This document shows positions 42,621 to 52,807 of a DNA stretch of 64,000 bases, one piece after another. The notes under the pieces were generated by a model. It had not been told where the DNA came from. It ran no database searches and saw only the letters and a program-made list of their open reading frames with translations. Position 1 is the stretch's first letter. Each line of letters starts with the position of its first letter. Made by a program: the position numbers and the translations under genes. Origin of the DNA: an uncultured Acidobacteriota bacterium (GTDB taxonomy: Bacteria > Acidobacteriota > Thermoanaerobaculia > UBA5066 > Gp7-AA6); NCBI GenBank assembly GCA_963724465.1, contig CAVRUT010000003.1, positions 241,658-305,657 of the forward strand, in the 5' to 3' direction.

Positions 42621-44032
42621 CGATCATTCACTGGTTTCGCCGCGACCTTCGGGTCGACGACAACACCGCCCTCGCAACCGCCGCCCGCGACGCGGACCGC
42701 GTCGTGCCGGTCTTCATCCTCGACGAACACTACGCGCGCGACCCGCGTGTCGGGCCCGCGCGTTTTCGGTTTCTCCGGGAGAGCCTCGAGGACCTCGAGT
42801 GGCGGCTCTCCGCCGTCGGGGGGCGGCTCCTGGTCCGGCAGGGCCCGGCCGCGCGGGCCCTGCCCGAGCTTCTCGCCGAGACCGGCGCCGAGGCCGTGTA
42901 TGCGAACGAGGAGATCGGCCCGTACCCGGAGCACCGCGACCGCGAAGCGGCCGGAGCCGTGGAAGCCGCGGGCGGAAAGTTCCGGCTCTTTCCCGACGAG
43001 CTCGTCGTCGCGCCCGGCGCCGTCGCGACGGACGCGGGCGACCCCTACACCGCCTACACGCCCTTCTCGAAGAAGTGGGTTGCCGCGGAGAAGCGGGATC
43101 CCGTGGCAGCCCCGGCCGAACTCACCTCGCCCGAGCTGGCCGGCGTCCCTCTCGCGAGCGTGCGCGCCTGGCGCGATCTCGGCCCCGACCCGGACTCGCC
43201 CAGAGGGGGCGAGCGCGAGGCGCGGACACTCCTCGCCCGGTTCTTCGAGACCGCCGCGGCCCGGTACGCCGAGGATCGCGACCGCCCTGACCGCGCCGGC
43301 ACCTCGCGCCTTTCCCCGCACCTGCACTTCGGTACGATCTCTGCTCGCACCGTCCGTGCGGCGGCGGAGGAGGCCTGGAAGGCCGCGCCTCCACCCCTGC
43401 GCGACCCGATCCGCAAGTTCGTCCTCGAGTTGGCGTGGCGCGAGTTCTGTCACCACGTGCTCTTTCACTTCCCGCGTGTCGCCACGGAAAGCTTTCGCCC
43501 CGAGTTCGACCGGATGGATTGGAGCGTCGACCCCGTCCGCTTCGACGCCTGGAAGGCGGGGCGGACCGGCTATCCTCTGGTGGACGCCGCAATGCGGGAG
43601 CTCGCGACGACGCACTGGATGCACAACCGCAGCCGCATGGTCGCCGCCTCGTTCCTGACCAAGGACCTGCACCTGCACTGGCGGCACGGCGAGGCCTGGT
43701 TCGAGCACGAGCTCGCCGACGCCGACCTCGCCAACAACAACGGCGGCTGGCAGTGGGCCGCCGGTTGCGGCACGGACGCGGCGCCCTACTTCCGGATCTT
43801 CAACCCCGTGCTCCAGTCCGAGAAGTTCGACCCCGAGGGCCGCTACGTCAGGCGGTTCGTCCCGGAGCTCGCCCGCGTGCCCGACGCGAAGATCCACCGG
43901 CCCTGGACGATGACGCCGGAGGAGCAGCGGGACTCGGGCTGCCGCATCGGAAACGACTACCCGGCTCCCCTCGTCGAGCACGCCCGCGAGAAGCAGGTGG
44001 CGCTGGCGATGTTCGAGAGGATCCGGAAGTAA
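42617..44032 (+). CDS. phr: Deoxyribodipyrimidine (CPD) photolyase
   Basis: IIHWFRRDLRVDDNTAL...TSRLSPHLHFG...WREF...NNGGWQWAAG. The TTG start overlaps the tspO stop. Confidence 0.8.
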   Translation: MTIIHWFRRDLRVDDNTALATAARDADRVVPVFILDEHYARDPRVGPARFRFLRESLEDLEWRLSAVGGRLLVRQGPAARALPELLAETGAEAVYANEEIGPYPEHRDREAAGAVEAAGGKFRLFPDELVVAPGAVATDAGDPYTAYTPFSKKWVAAEKRDPVAAPAELTSPELAGVPLASVRAWRDLGPDPDSPRGGEREARTLLARFFETAAARYAEDRDRPDRAGTSRLSPHLHFGTISARTVRAAAEEAWKAAPPPLRDPIRKFVLELAWREFCHHVLFHFPRVATESFRPEFDRMDWSVDPVRFDAWKAGRTGYPLVDAAMRELATTHWMHNRSRMVAASFLTKDLHLHWRHGEAWFEHELADADLANNNGGWQWAAGCGTDAAPYFRIFNPVLQSEKFDPEGRYVRRFVPELARVPDAKIHRPWTMTPEEQRDSGCRIGNDYPAPLVEHAREKQVALAMFERIRK

Positions 44033-44037
44033 GGCCC

Positions 44038-44074
44038 AAAAAAAGGCGGCCCCGACTTACTGTGTGTCGGGGCC
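44038..44074 (-). terminator. Intrinsic terminator for rng (minus strand)
   Basis: GGCCCCGAC-acacagtaa-GTCGGGGCC hairpin followed by GCCUUUUUUUGGG on the minus strand. Confidence 0.6.
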
Positions 44075-44159
44075 GGGAAGGAAGGTATCGCGTGCTGATC
44101 TCATCAACGGGTGAACGCCCGTGATTATTTCAGCCCCTAAACACTTGACTGAAAGTGGT

Positions 44160-45644
44160 TTAGCCGCGGGAGATCTCGAAGCCCGCCGCTCCGACCGCCT
44201 CGTCCGGGACGAGTTCGAGGCGGATCCCGAGGCTCGACTCGGCATCCGTGATGAGCGACGGGTCCTGTGCCAGCAGCTCGGCCACCCCGGGCCGCACGCG
44301 CACCCGTACCGTTTCGCCCGTTGCATAGAGGGGCGGCGGAGCGAGCAGGGCGCGCCGCAGGTCGAGGACCGCCGTCAGGTCGGTCTTCACGCGCCCGCTG
44401 CCCGAACAGGCCGGGCACGCGCGCGTCAGGAGCCGCTCCAGATTTCCCCGCGAGCGCTGCCTCGTGATCTCGATCAGGCCGAACTCGGAAACCGGGAGCA
44501 TCCGGGTGCGGGCGCGGTCCCGGGCAAGCTCCGCGTCGAAGAGTTCGAAGAGCTTCTGGCGGTGCTCCGGGTCTTCCATGTCGATGAAGTCCACGACGAT
44601 GAGGCCGCCGAGGTCGCGCAGGCGAATCTGCCGCGCGACCTCGGGGACAGCCTCGAGATTCGTCGCGAAGACCGTGTCCTCGAGGCCCTTCTTCCCGACG
44701 AAGCGGCCGGTGTTGACGTCGATCGCGACGAGCGCCTCGGTCTGGTGGATGACGATCGAGCCGCCCGATTCGAGGCTGACACGGCTGCGGAGCGCATTCT
44801 CGATCTCGGCCTCGACGCCGAAGCTCTCGAACAGTGGCTCCGGCCCGCTCCAGAGCTCGAGCCTCCGGGCCAGGGACGGCGCGACGGCCTCAAGAAACTC
44901 CTTCAGCCGAGCGTGCGTCGCGGCGTCGTCCACCCGGATCGCGGCGCAGTCGTCGGTCGCCAGGTCGCGCGCGCAGCGCAACGCGAGGTCGAGCTCGCGG
45001 TGCAGCAGCGCGGGTGGCGAGGAGCTCTCCCGCCGCCGGACGATGCGCGCGGCAAGCTCCGTCAGGTACCTGCGGTCGGGCCCGAGCTCCTCGGCGTTCC
45101 GCCCGAGCGCCGCGGTCCGCGCGATGAAGCCGCCTCCGCCGAAGCCCTCCAGGATCCCGCGCAAGCGTTCGCGCTCCGCGTCGTCGGCCACGCGGCGGGA
45201 AACGCCGACCTCCCGGGCCCCGGGCAAGAACACGAGCGTGCGACCCGCGAGCGAGATCGCCGCCGTCACGCGCGGGCCCTTGCCGCCGAACGGGTCCTTG
45301 GTCACCTGGACGACGATCTCCTGGCCCTCTTTCACGAGGTCATCGATGCGTGGCGGGTCGCCGGATGGCGCCGCCGACTCTGCGCCTTCTCCCTCGCCGA
45401 ACACGAAGTCCTCGGCGCGATCGGAGGCGTCCTCCACGTAGAGGAACGCGTCGCGGTCGAGCCCGATCGACACGAAGGCGGCCTGCATCCCGGGAAGCAC
45501 GCGATGGACGCGGCCGAGGTACACGTTGCCGACGAGGCCCTGTCGCCCGCGCCGCTCGTGCAGGGCCTCCACGACCCTCCCGTCCTCGGTCAGCGCGACG
45601 CGCGTCTCCGGGGGGCTCGCGTTGACGAGGAGTTCCTTCCTCAC
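44160..45644 (-). CDS. rng: Ribonuclease G/E-family endoribonuclease
   Basis: (V)RKELLVNASPPETRVALTEDGRV...GNVYLGRV with S1 and catalytic domains. GTG start overlaps the rodA stop (GTGA). Confidence 0.8.
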   Translation of the reverse strand: MRKELLVNASPPETRVALTEDGRVVEALHERRGRQGLVGNVYLGRVHRVLPGMQAAFVSIGLDRDAFLYVEDASDRAEDFVFGEGEGAESAAPSGDPPRIDDLVKEGQEIVVQVTKDPFGGKGPRVTAAISLAGRTLVFLPGAREVGVSRRVADDAERERLRGILEGFGGGGFIARTAALGRNAEELGPDRRYLTELAARIVRRRESSSPPALLHRELDLALRCARDLATDDCAAIRVDDAATHARLKEFLEAVAPSLARRLELWSGPEPLFESFGVEAEIENALRSRVSLESGGSIVIHQTEALVAIDVNTGRFVGKKGLEDTVFATNLEAVPEVARQIRLRDLGGLIVVDFIDMEDPEHRQKLFELFDAELARDRARTRMLPVSEFGLIEITRQRSRGNLERLLTRACPACSGSGRVKTDLTAVLDLRRALLAPPPLYATGETVRVRVRPGVAELLAQDPSLITDAESSLGIRLELVPDEAVGAAGFEISRG

Positions 45645-46738
45645 GCGTTGGCGAACCGTCGGTACTGGACGCCGAGAATCAGGCCGATCGCGAGGAAGGT
45701 CGTCGCCACCGACGAGCCTCCGTAGGACACGAAGGGCAGCGGAATGCCGGTCGTCGGAGCGAGCCCGATCATCATGGACGCGTTGACCACGACCGAGAAG
45801 AACATCATCCCCGTCAGCCCGAGCACCAGGAACACTCCTCCCCGGTCTCGCGCGGTCTGGGCGAGCTTCAGGGCGCGCAGGAAGAGCCCGGCAAAGAGGG
45901 CGAGCACGAGGATCACCCCAAGGAATCCCCACTCTTCGGCGATCACCGCGAAGATGAAGTCCGTGTGCTGCACCGGCAGAAAGCGCAGCTGGCTCTGAGT
46001 CCCGCTCCGAAATCCCTTGCCCGAGAACCCGCCCGAGCCGACCGCGATCTTCGACTGGCGGACCTGGTAGCCCGAGCCGAGCACGTCGGTGTCCGGGTTC
46101 AGGAATGTCCCGATCCGGGCCTTCTGGTAGTCCTTGAGCAGGAACCAGCCGGCGCCCGCGAGCACCGCCACGACGAGGACGATTGCGATCCAGCCCCGCG
46201 CAGGGAGCCCGCCGAAGTACAGGCCGACGAAGACGAGCGGGAGGAACGTCAGCGCGAGCCCCATGTCCGGCTGGAGGAACACGAGGAAGACCGGCAGCCC
46301 GACGATCGCGCCGAGCTTCAGGATCGTCGAGGCGTGCAGCCGGGCGTCGTCCTCGTTCTCGAAGAGGTAGGCGACCAGAAGCGCTGTCGCAATCTTCGCG
46401 AGCTCGGCGGGCTGGAACTGGAAGTGGCCGACGCGGATCCAGGAGCGGACGTTGGCGATCCGCTCGCCGAACGCGAGCAGGTACACGAGCGGCAGCAGGC
46501 TCGCGCAGTAGATGGCGAAGGAGAACTTCAGGAGCATTCGGTAGTCGAAGAGGATCGCCGCCGTCATCGCGCCGAGGCCGACAGCGACCCAGATGGCCTG
46601 CCGCCCCGCCAGCCCGTCGAACCGGGTGCCCGTGGTCGCCGAGGCAACGAACAGGACGCCCAGGGCCGCCAGGCCGAGCGCGCAACCGAGCACGACCAGA
46701 TCGAGCCGGCGGCCGCCGGGAAGGGTGCGGGCGATCAC
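45641..46738 (-). CDS. rodA: Peptidoglycan glycosyltransferase RodA (SEDS family)
   Basis: FtsW/RodA TM pattern ending ...GGSSVATTFLAIGLILGVQYRRFANA. GTG start overlaps the mrdA stop. Confidence 0.8.
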   Translation of the reverse strand: MIARTLPGGRRLDLVVLGCALGLAALGVLFVASATTGTRFDGLAGRQAIWVAVGLGAMTAAILFDYRMLLKFSFAIYCASLLPLVYLLAFGERIANVRSWIRVGHFQFQPAELAKIATALLVAYLFENEDDARLHASTILKLGAIVGLPVFLVFLQPDMGLALTFLPLVFVGLYFGGLPARGWIAIVLVVAVLAGAGWFLLKDYQKARIGTFLNPDTDVLGSGYQVRQSKIAVGSGGFSGKGFRSGTQSQLRFLPVQHTDFIFAVIAEEWGFLGVILVLALFAGLFLRALKLAQTARDRGGVFLVLGLTGMMFFSVVVNASMMIGLAPTTGIPLPFVSYGGSSVATTFLAIGLILGVQYRRFANA

Positions 46739-48624
46739 GGCGCTTCCCTCCGCGACGCGCGCGCAAACCCGTCCGCCCGCGCCGCCGCCGCCCGGATTGA
46801 GGGCGCGGGAGGCGGCTCGGGAACGACGCCGAACCGCGCTTCGAACAGGGCCTTGGCCAGCGGCGCGGCCGCCAGGTTTCCATGGCCGCCGTTCTCCACG
46901 AACACGACCACCACCATCTGGGGGTCCTGCACGGGGCCGAATCCGGCGAACCAGGCGTGGTCCTGCAGCTTCGACTTGTCCGCCCCCGCCCGCACGGTCG
47001 CCTCGCGACCGACGACCTGCGCGGTGCCCGTCTTGCCGCCCATTTCCACGCCGGCCACGCGCGAGCCGAAGGCCGTGCCTCCGGCCTCGTTGACGACGGC
47101 CCACATCCCGTTCTTGACGATCTCGAGCTTGTCGGGCGAGAGCGTTGGCCCCTGCTTGAATTCCGCCCTGTAGCGCAGCTGCGCCCCCGTCCGCGGGTCC
47201 TGCGACGAGTAGAAGAGGTGCGGCGTCGGAAGCCGCCCGCCCTCGATGAGGCCCGCGAGCGCCCGGGCCACCTGCATCGGCGTCACCAGCAGCGGCCCCT
47301 GGCCGATCGCGACCGAGATCGTCTCGCTCGGATACCAGCGGGCGCCGCGCCGGGCGCGGGCCCACTCTTCCGACGGCACGAGCCCCGACTTCTCGAACGA
47401 CAGATCCACTCCGGTCGGCCCGCCGAACCCGAACCCCGTCAGGATCTCGTGGATCCGGTCCACGCCGAGCTTCTGCCCGAGGTTGTAGAAGTACACGTCG
47501 CACGACACCTTGATCGCGTCCCGCAGGTTCACGAGACCGTGGCCGCCCTTCTTGTGGCAGTGGAACTCCCGCCCGTAGAAGGTCGCGTGGCCCGGGCAGA
47601 AGACGCGCCAATCCGGGTCGACCAGGCCACGGGCGAGCGCGCCGTAGGCGAGGAACGGCTTGATGACCGAGCCAGGCGAGTACATGTTCTGGATGGCGCG
47701 GTTCTGGAGCGGCCGGTCCGGGTTCTCGAGAATCCCGTTCCACTCGGCCGACGTCACGCGGCGCGTGAACCAGTTCGGGTCGTAGCTCGGCGACGAGACG
47801 AGCGCGAGGATCTCGCCCGTCCTCGGGTCGAGAGCGACGACCGAGCCCACGCGCTGCCGGAAGTAATCCTCGGCGATGTCCTGCAGCTTCGAGTCGAGCG
47901 TCAGGAAGAGGTTCTGCCCGGGGCTCGCCTCGAGCCGTGCGTCCTCGGCCACCTCGCGCCCGTGGGAATCCACGATGACCCGGCGCTCCCCGTTCGCGCC
48001 GGCGAGCAGGCGCTCATAGGCGCTCTCGACGCCCTTCTGCCCGATCCAGTCTCCCACGCCGTAGACGTTGCCCGCGCTCTTGATCTGCTCGGGTGTGGCC
48101 TCGGAGAGGTAGCCGAGAGCGTGCGCCGCGGCGCCGCCATGCCGGTAGAGGCGCCGCTGGGAAACCGTGATCGCGAACTCGGGGTGCTCGGCCGCACGGG
48201 CTTGGACCGCGGCAACCTCCTCGATCCCCAGGTTCTCCGCGATGGGGATGGGGACGAACTCCGGGTCCCGACGCGCCCGGTCGACGCGCGACCGCACCTG
48301 GTCCCGGTTCAGGCCGAGCAACGCGACGATGAACTCGACCGAGGCGTCCAGGTCCCTGGCCTCGCGCCGGTAGAGGTGGAGCGTGTAGGCCGGCTCGTTC
48401 TCGACGAGCGTGGCGCCGTTGCGGTCGAGAACGTAGCCTCGCGGCGCCGTGATCTTGACGACGCGGATGCGGTTGTTCTCCGACAGCGAGAAGTAGTACT
48501 CGCCCCGAACGATCTGGATCGACCAGTACGCCACTGCGAGCAGCGAGAGGATCGCACCCACCGCGACGCGAGCGATCTCGACGCGGCGGACGACCTCCTG
48601 GCGGTCTTCCCGGATCCTCAGCAT
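46735..48624 (-). CDS. mrdA: Penicillin-binding protein 2 (transpeptidase)
   Basis: SxxK (SVIKP), SCD and KTGTA motifs; 629 aa. Confidence 0.8.
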   Translation of the reverse strand: MLRIREDRQEVVRRVEIARVAVGAILSLLAVAYWSIQIVRGEYYFSLSENNRIRVVKITAPRGYVLDRNGATLVENEPAYTLHLYRREARDLDASVEFIVALLGLNRDQVRSRVDRARRDPEFVPIPIAENLGIEEVAAVQARAAEHPEFAITVSQRRLYRHGGAAAHALGYLSEATPEQIKSAGNVYGVGDWIGQKGVESAYERLLAGANGERRVIVDSHGREVAEDARLEASPGQNLFLTLDSKLQDIAEDYFRQRVGSVVALDPRTGEILALVSSPSYDPNWFTRRVTSAEWNGILENPDRPLQNRAIQNMYSPGSVIKPFLAYGALARGLVDPDWRVFCPGHATFYGREFHCHKKGGHGLVNLRDAIKVSCDVYFYNLGQKLGVDRIHEILTGFGFGGPTGVDLSFEKSGLVPSEEWARARRGARWYPSETISVAIGQGPLLVTPMQVARALAGLIEGGRLPTPHLFYSSQDPRTGAQLRYRAEFKQGPTLSPDKLEIVKNGMWAVVNEAGGTAFGSRVAGVEMGGKTGTAQVVGREATVRAGADKSKLQDHAWFAGFGPVQDPQMVVVVFVENGGHGNLAAAPLAKALFEARFGVVPEPPPAPSIRAAAARADGFARASRREAP

Positions 48625-48658
48625 CGCGTCGCCGGCGCGACGTCGGACCGCCCGGCCC

Positions 48659-49168
48659 TCACCGCAGCCTCCGGAGCCGCCGACGCTGCCACCAGTCGCG
48701 CCATGGAAAGTTCCAGGCCGACTCGAGGGCGCCTCCCGCGATGCCGGTCGCCACCGCGCGCCACACGGCGTGGCGCGTCAGGATCACGACCGGGGACTGG
48801 GCGAGCAGCGCGGCGAGCAGCGCCACGATGGCCTCGTTGGCGATCGAGGCAACGAAAAGAGCCGCCCCCGCGGCCAGCGCTCCCCCGAAGACCACGCGGA
48901 CCGACACGAGCGTCAGCGCGTAGCCGATGATCGCCTTCGCGAAGGCGTTCATGCCGATCAGCGGCTGCGGCAGCAAGAGCGCGTCCTCGAGCGTCCCCGC
49001 CGCGGCGCCCGTCAGTACCGCCCGCACGAAGTCGCCGCTGCGCGCGACCGTCGCCGTACCGAGCAGGAACCAGTCGACCGGGACGAAGGCCCGGTAGGGC
49101 GAGCGCCCCACGAAGAACTCGAGAACGGCCGCCGCCGCGAGGAGCAGGGCGATGCGGCTGACCTTCAC
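48659..49168 (-). CDS. mreD: Rod shape-determining protein MreD
   Basis: About 169 aa of hydrophobic sequence embedded in a longer junk ORF. GTG start overlaps the mreC stop. Confidence 0.55.
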   Translation of the reverse strand: MKVSRIALLLAAAAVLEFFVGRSPYRAFVPVDWFLLGTATVARSGDFVRAVLTGAAAGTLEDALLLPQPLIGMNAFAKAIIGYALTLVSVRVVFGGALAAGAALFVASIANEAIVALLAALLAQSPVVILTRHAVWRAVATGIAGGALESAWNFPWRDWWQRRRLRRLR

Positions 49169-50049
49169 CGCGGCGCACTCCGTCCCATCTCCGCGCCCTC
49201 CTTCGTTGCGGGCGAGGGCGCCAGCAGGAGCACGTCCGTGAGGCGCGAAAACTCCGCCGACGGCGTGACCCGGATCTCGAGGAAGAGCTTGCTGCCGCGC
49301 GAGACCGACGCCACGCGGCCGATGGGGATCCCGCGCGGATAGATGCCGTCGATGCCCGCGGACTCGACGAGGTCGCCGCGGGCCACCGAGGAGGTCGTGG
49401 CGATGTTGTTGAGCACGAGTGCTTCGTGGCCGTCGCCGCGGACGACGCCGAGCTCGCCCGTCCGTGCGATTCGGGCCCCCGCCGCGGCCGAGGCGTCGAG
49501 CAGGAGCTGCGCGCGCGACACGCCGCGGCCGACCGTCACCACGCGGCCCACGAGACCCGCCGGCACGGCGAGCGGAGAGCCCGGCACCACGCCGTCGGCC
49601 GAACCCGCGCCGATGAGCGCGCTGTGGGCTCCGGCCCGGCTCTCGACGAGCAGGATCGGAACGCTGCCGAGCACTCCGGGCAGGGAGGAACCCGCACCGA
49701 GCAGGCGGCGGTCCTCCGCACCCTGGAGGGCTTCCGCGCGCAACCGGAAGAGCTCGCGTTCGCGGTCGTGGAGCTCGCGGCGCAGCCGCTCGTTCTCCTC
49801 GCGGACGCTCAGCAGCGAGAGCGCCGAGCCCACGGCGTTCGACACCCCGTGCGACACCGTGCCGACCGCCCCGGCCACGGGCGCCGACAGCGAGAGGAGC
49901 CAGGACTGGAGCACGGTGCTCCGTCCGCCGCGCGCGGGGGCCTGCGCCGACAGGACGAGCACGCATACCACGAGCACGGTCACGAGCACGGCGCCGCCTC
50001 GCCGGGGGTTGACGGCGGCGATCTCGACGTGGGCGCTATGAGGTCTCAT
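49165..50049 (-). CDS. mreC: Rod shape-determining protein MreC
   Basis: N-terminal TM helix, coiled-coil (ERLRRELHDRERELFRLRAEAL) and beta-rich C-terminus. Confidence 0.65.
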   Translation of the reverse strand: MRPHSAHVEIAAVNPRRGGAVLVTVLVVCVLVLSAQAPARGGRSTVLQSWLLSLSAPVAGAVGTVSHGVSNAVGSALSLLSVREENERLRRELHDRERELFRLRAEALQGAEDRRLLGAGSSLPGVLGSVPILLVESRAGAHSALIGAGSADGVVPGSPLAVPAGLVGRVVTVGRGVSRAQLLLDASAAAGARIARTGELGVVRGDGHEALVLNNIATTSSVARGDLVESAGIDGIYPRGIPIGRVASVSRGSKLFLEIRVTPSAEFSRLTDVLLLAPSPATKEGAEMGRSAPR

Positions 50050-50118
50050 GACGCGGAGGCGTGAACCGTGAATCGTAAGCCGGGTCCCAGCAGCGCAGAT
50101 CAGTTAGCGATTCACGAT

Positions 50119-51165
50119 TCACGTGATGGAAATCTTCCTCAAGAGGTCCATGTCCGTGAGCATCGCTCCAGTCCCGAGAGCCACCGACGCGAGCGGATCC
50201 TCCGCATACGAGATGGGAAGACCCGTCTCCTCCGAGAGCCTGCGGTCGAAGTTGCGCAGCAGCGACCCGCCGCCCGTGATGATGATCCCCTTGTCCATGA
50301 TGTCGGCCGACAGCTCGGGCGGAGTGCGCTCGAGGGCGACCCGCACGGTCTCGACGATCGCCGCCACGACCTCCGAGAGAGCCTCGCGCACCTCCTCGTC
50401 CGAGAGCGCAAGCGTCTTCGGCACGCCCTCGACGAGGTCGCGGCCCTTGACCTCCATCGTCAGCGGCTCGTCGAGCGGGTGCGCGGACCCGATCTCGATC
50501 TTGATCTGCTCGGCCGTCCGCTCGCCGATGAGCAGGTTGTACTTGCGTTTCAGGTACTGGATCAGGGCCTCGTCCATCTCGTTCGAGGCCGTGCGGAGGG
50601 ATCGGCTGTAGACGATACCCGCGAGCGAGATCACGGCCACGTCTGTCGTCCCACCGCCGATGTCCACGATCATGTTCCCGGTCGGTTCGGTGATCGGCAG
50701 GCCCGACCCGATCGCGGCCGCCATCGCCTGCTCGATGATGAACACCTCGGAGGCGCCGGCGCGCAGGGCCGAGTCCTGCACGGCACGCTTCTCGACCTGC
50801 GTGATGCCCGAAGGCACCGAGATCACGATGCGGGGCCGAACGAAAAGCGAACGCCCGTGAGCCTTCTTGATGAAGTGGTCGAGCATCTTCTCGGTCACTT
50901 CGAAGTCGGCGATGACGCCGTCCTTCATCGGGCGGATGGCGACGATGTTGCCCGGCGTGCGGCCGAGCATCTCCTTGGCATCGGTGCCGACGGCTTCCAC
51001 GCGGTTGGTGGCGGTGTTGACCGCCACGATGGACGGCTCCCGCACGATGATCCCCTTGCCCCGCGCGAACACGAGCGTGTTGGCGGTGCCGAGGTCGATC
51101 GCAAGGTCGTTCGAGAAAATGGAGAAAATGGATTTCCAGGCCAAGAAACCTCCTAGATCCGGCAA
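50119..51165 (-). CDS. mreB: Actin-like rod shape-determining protein MreB
   Basis: ...[17 protein letters not shown]...[12 protein letters not shown]. Confidence 0.85.
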   Translation of the reverse strand: MPDLGGFLAWKSIFSIFSNDLAIDLGTANTLVFARGKGIIVREPSIVAVNTATNRVEAVGTDAKEMLGRTPGNIVAIRPMKDGVIADFEVTEKMLDHFIKKAHGRSLFVRPRIVISVPSGITQVEKRAVQDSALRAGASEVFIIEQAMAAAIGSGLPITEPTGNMIVDIGGGTTDVAVISLAGIVYSRSLRTASNEMDEALIQYLKRKYNLLIGERTAEQIKIEIGSAHPLDEPLTMEVKGRDLVEGVPKTLALSDEEVREALSEVVAAIVETVRVALERTPPELSADIMDKGIIITGGGSLLRNFDRRLSEETGLPISYAEDPLASVALGTGAMLTDMDLLRKISIT

Positions 51166-51193
51166 TGAAAAACGATTTCCGAGTTGGGTTGCA

Positions 51194-52636
51194 TCACAGG
51201 GACTCCACGAACACTCTCACGCGCCGGACCGTCTCGTTGCCCGATGCGTCCACCGACTTCACGACGAGGACCGTAGCACCATCGCGCTCGATCGTGATGG
51301 TCTTCTTGAACGACCCGTCGGCTTCGACGTCCGCCGGCTCGGCGTTGACCGTCACCACGGCACCGGGCTCCGTCTTTCCGTAGACCAGAAACAGGTTGCC
51401 CATCTGCTGCGGAGGAAAGACCGTCAGGTCGGGGGGCGTCGTGTCGCCCGTCCCGGCCTTCAGGGGCTCGGTCACCATCTTGAACCTCCGGACCGCGCTC
51501 CAGTCCGAGGTCAGGCCGCTCGGCTCGATCGCGGCCACGCGCCAGAAGTAGGAGCCTTCCTTCGAGACCTTCACGCGCGCGCTCGTCTGCACGCGGTCGT
51601 CGAGATCCACCTCGGTCGAGTCGGGCACGAAGAGACGCGAGCGGGAGATCTGCAGTCGGTATCGCGACGCGTCCGGGACCTTCGACCATTTCAGCTCGAC
51701 CTGGTCGCCCGTTTTCAGGTCGTAGATCCGGTTGTCCGCCGGCAGGGCCGGCTGCGGGGCGTCGGGAAGGGCCTGTTTGGGCGAGAACACGCCGGTCCGT
51801 GCGACGGCCGAGACCTTTTCGCGCCCCTCGAGCGTAACGCTCTCCTTGCCCGTCGAGACCGTCGTCCGGCCGCGGTAGCTCGTGACCTCGGTCTTGTCGC
51901 CGGGCGCCACGTCCACCGATACGCGGGAGTCGCGGCTGATCGCGGCGGTCGCGACGTCGGTGGACACGGTCGAGGTCGAGGCGGACGTGTAGACGTTGAC
52001 CGCGCCCGAGACCATCTTGATCTGGCTTCCGCTGACTTCCGACGACGCCGGCCGCCGGCATTCGAACAGGGAGCCCGGCCGAATCGTGTACAGCGTGCCG
52101 TCGTAGAACATGATCTCCGCCGAGCCCGTTCTACCCGCCTTCACGAAGTCGCCGTCGAAGAGCGGATCACGCTGGCGCGCCGGTTCGAAGGTGGATCGCC
52201 CGGCGCGCTGCAGGGACACGTCTCCCTCGACGAAAATGAAAGAGGCGTCGCCCTGCTCGCCGGCCCCGGAGCTGCCGAGCGCGCGGCGCGAGTAGGACTG
52301 GGACTCGACCGCCAGGCGGAACGCCTCTTCGTAGCGCGAGCCCGTGTACGATTCCCGAGCGTCGCGCAGGAAGTCTTTGGCCTGCGCCGTGTTCGAGCCG
52401 GGCCGGGCCGCGCCCGCTGCGCGCGTGGCGCGGGCCAGCAGCGACTCGGCCTGCGCGATTTCCGCCCGCGCGCGCTCCTGGGGCGACCGCCGGCCGCGAG
52501 CGTAGAAGAAGTACCCGGCGCCGCCGGCGGCCAGAAGAAGGACAATGACGATCGCCCACTGGCGGATCTTCTGGATCGGGATGACGAACCAGTCGAGATC
52601 CGTCCCCGCCGGCTGGCCGGACTTCCGCTTTCGCAT
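51194..52636 (-). CDS. Membrane-anchored FecR-domain / Ig-like repeat protein, first gene of the mre cluster
   Basis: N-terminal TM helix ([19 protein letters not shown]) and an extracytoplasmic beta-rich region. Confidence 0.4.
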   Translation of the reverse strand: MRKRKSGQPAGTDLDWFVIPIQKIRQWAIVIVLLLAAGGAGYFFYARGRRSPQERARAEIAQAESLLARATRAAGAARPGSNTAQAKDFLRDARESYTGSRYEEAFRLAVESQSYSRRALGSSGAGEQGDASFIFVEGDVSLQRAGRSTFEPARQRDPLFDGDFVKAGRTGSAEIMFYDGTLYTIRPGSLFECRRPASSEVSGSQIKMVSGAVNVYTSASTSTVSTDVATAAISRDSRVSVDVAPGDKTEVTSYRGRTTVSTGKESVTLEGREKVSAVARTGVFSPKQALPDAPQPALPADNRIYDLKTGDQVELKWSKVPDASRYRLQISRSRLFVPDSTEVDLDDRVQTSARVKVSKEGSYFWRVAAIEPSGLTSDWSAVRRFKMVTEPLKAGTGDTTPPDLTVFPPQQMGNLFLVYGKTEPGAVVTVNAEPADVEADGSFKKTITIERDGATVLVVKSVDASGNETVRRVRVFVESL

Positions 52637-52807
52637 AAACTCCCGAAACTGCGGGACTTACCCCCGTCGCTTATAGCACACTTGGGTCGCCTCCGCAGGT
52701 GTCGGCGGTCGCCTCGGGGCTTCCAAACCCGCTCGGCGGGCCCCGCCGGGCCGCCGAGCCCCCTGCTATAGTCGCGCGTTCTCGAACGTTCGCCGGAGGA
52801 GTTCTCG

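Noticed and set aside
40340-44032. 1230-aa plus-strand ORF
   Set aside because: Only the C-terminal 471 aa (photolyase) is real. The upstream part is junk read-through across the SRPBCC and tspO genes in other frames.
44160-46883. 907-aa minus-strand ORF; similarly 45641-47743 and 57453-60605
   Set aside because: Real genes (rng, rodA, pepP) occupy only the C-terminal parts. The N-terminal extensions are off-frame read-through of neighbouring genes.
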